Shown here in pieces: positions 35,314 to 36,778 of a stretch of 36,778 nt of DNA (within the stretch, counting starts at the first letter, position 1; every line of letters begins with the position of its first letter). The translations under genes and the position numbers were made by a program. The notes under the pieces were generated by a model, which made no database searches, was not told the DNA's origin, and saw nothing but the letters and a program-made list of their open reading frames with translations. Source of the DNA: a virus; UHGV virus genome UHGV-0212008; one strand, written 5' to 3'.

Positions 35314-36687
35314 ATGAATCTAGTTTTAAGAAATTATCAAAATATAATTATAAACAGCTGTAGAGATGCCTTTAAAAACGGATATAAAAAACTCTGCTGC
35401 GTCTTGCCATGTGGAGCAGGAAAAACCGCTATTTTTTGCTATTTGGCATATCTCAATACGATTAAAAAGCCAGACAACAGAGTACTTATTTTGCTACATC
35501 GTAAAGAGCTGTTAAAACAAACTGAAGACGCTTTTAAAAGCTTTCAAATAAATACAGATCATATTGTTATAGCGATGATTCAAAGTTTTAAAAACACGCT
35601 TAAAACGGAGCTAAAACCTTATTCTTTAATAATAATAGATGAATGCCATCATGCCACATCTAACAGCTTTAAAGCGGTCTTAACCACCTATGGAAAAACC
35701 TCCTTAGTAGGATTTACCGCCACCCCTGCCCGACTAGATGGTAAACCCCTCGGCGCCATATTCGACCGATTAATAATTGGTGTAGATTATTCCTATTTAA
35801 TCCAGAATAAATACTTAGTCGATTACGATTATTATTCCCCCGACCTCAATTTTGATTTTTCAAAATGGAAATTAAAAAGCGGCGATTTCGACATGGTCGA
35901 CAACGCTTTACATCTTGACAAAAAAGCTATTTACGGGGATATTCTCAAATATATCGACCTTAGCAAAAAAACGATTATTTATTCTCCTACTGTCGATTAT
36001 TCGAAAAAACTAGAAGCACAGATCAACGAACATTTTAACGCCAGAATATCCGCTGAATTCAACGGCATGACCCCCCAAAATGAACGGAATCGAATTATAG
36101 ATGATTTTAAAAACGGAAAAATAAAAATCCTTATCAATGTCGACTTAATCGGAGAAGGTTTTAATGTTCCCAGCTGTGATTGCGTATTTCTTCTTCGTGC
36201 CACACAATCATTAACGCTATTTATTCAACAGTCAGGAAGAGCCTTACGAGCAGACCCAAGCAACCCCAGCAAAAGAGCTTCAATCTTCGATTTTGTCGGC
36301 AATATTTACCGCTTTGGCTTTCCAGATGCCCCCCGTGCCTGGAGCCTCTCCAGCACGATAAAAAACACGCATAAACACGAGACAGTACACGATTCATTAT
36401 TAATTAAGACATGCCCCCAATGCCTCCGATCTTTCACACCTGCCCAGATGCTGCCTAATCGGTTATGCCCGTTTTGTAATGCCCCCCTCCCGCTAAATGT
36501 CCGAGAAATCCAGATTCAGCAAAAAAAGGAACTGGCTCTTATTAAAAAATCCCAATTAATCGAGAATCGGCGCCAGTGTGGACACTGTCGGAGCTTCCAG
36601 CAATTAAAAAAACTAGGTGAGGAAAAAGGCTACGCACATCCTGCCCAGTGGGCATATTATGTCTTAAAAAATCGAAAACAAATATAA
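35314..36687 (+). CDS. superfamily 2 (DEAD/DEAH-like) helicase with zinc ribbon
   Basis: LRNYQ, PCGAGKT, IIDECHH, GFTATP, GEGFNVP, QQSGRALR, CPQC...CPFC. Confidence 0.93.
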   Translation: MNLVLRNYQNIIINSCRDAFKNGYKKLCCVLPCGAGKTAIFCYLAYLNTIKKPDNRVLILLHRKELLKQTEDAFKSFQINTDHIVIAMIQSFKNTLKTELKPYSLIIIDECHHATSNSFKAVLTTYGKTSLVGFTATPARLDGKPLGAIFDRLIIGVDYSYLIQNKYLVDYDYYSPDLNFDFSKWKLKSGDFDMVDNALHLDKKAIYGDILKYIDLSKKTIIYSPTVDYSKKLEAQINEHFNARISAEFNGMTPQNERNRIIDDFKNGKIKILINVDLIGEGFNVPSCDCVFLLRATQSLTLFIQQSGRALRADPSNPSKRASIFDFVGNIYRFGFPDAPRAWSLSSTIKNTHKHETVHDSLLIKTCPQCLRSFTPAQMLPNRLCPFCNAPLPLNVREIQIQQKKELALIKKSQLIENRRQCGHCRSFQQLKKLGEEKGYAHPAQWAYYVLKNRKQI

Positions 36688-36691
36688 AATT

Positions 36692-36734
36692 TTTTATAAA
36701 AACCCCTTGCTTTTTTTACAAAAACAACTATAAT
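36692..36734 (+). promoter_or_regulatory. sigma-A-like promoter with twin boxes, reading across the window junction
   Basis: TTGCTT(36707)-16-TATAAT(36729); TTTTATAAAA at 36692 and TTTTACAAAA at 36714. Confidence 0.75.
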
Positions 36735-36778
36735 ATAGGCAGTTAGAGAAACTAACTAGGTCTCGAACCTAAAGAGAC

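Overview
The window reads as an apparently complete, circularly permuted ~36.8 kb tailed dsDNA phage genome with Bacillota/Bacilli-type promoters and RBSs and the standard genetic code. A hairpin split across the two ends supports circularity. Gene order: small and large terminase; an inserted cassette (XRE regulator, paralogous unknowns, cytosine and adenine methyltransferases); portal, minor capsid, scaffold, major capsid; neck and a very compact tail module; two tail fibres and an LL-H-type holin; a run of small accessory genes; a recombination/replication module (VRR-NUC, Cas4-like nuclease, Sak4-like ATPase, SSB-like protein, NrS-1-like primase-polymerase fused to an SF3 helicase); and an AT-rich block with an SF2 helicase. 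I could not recognise an integrase, endolysin, DNA polymerase A/B, tRNA or CRISPR array. The most unusual signals are non-coding. (1) A gene-free cluster of host-repressor-like operators (Fur-like boxes and a near-perfect HrcA CIRCE) lies beside an abrupt strand-skew flip and an iteron array. (2) There are four ORF-free, terminator-bounded RNA units, one of them displaying several anti-Shine-Dalgarno/anti-start-codon segments. (3) The cytosine methyltransferase carries a (GA)10 slippage tract, and two other genes of the same cassette have single in-frame TAG stops. (4) Two phage promoter classes recur genome-wide. All product calls come from motif recognition and synteny by eye, not database searches.
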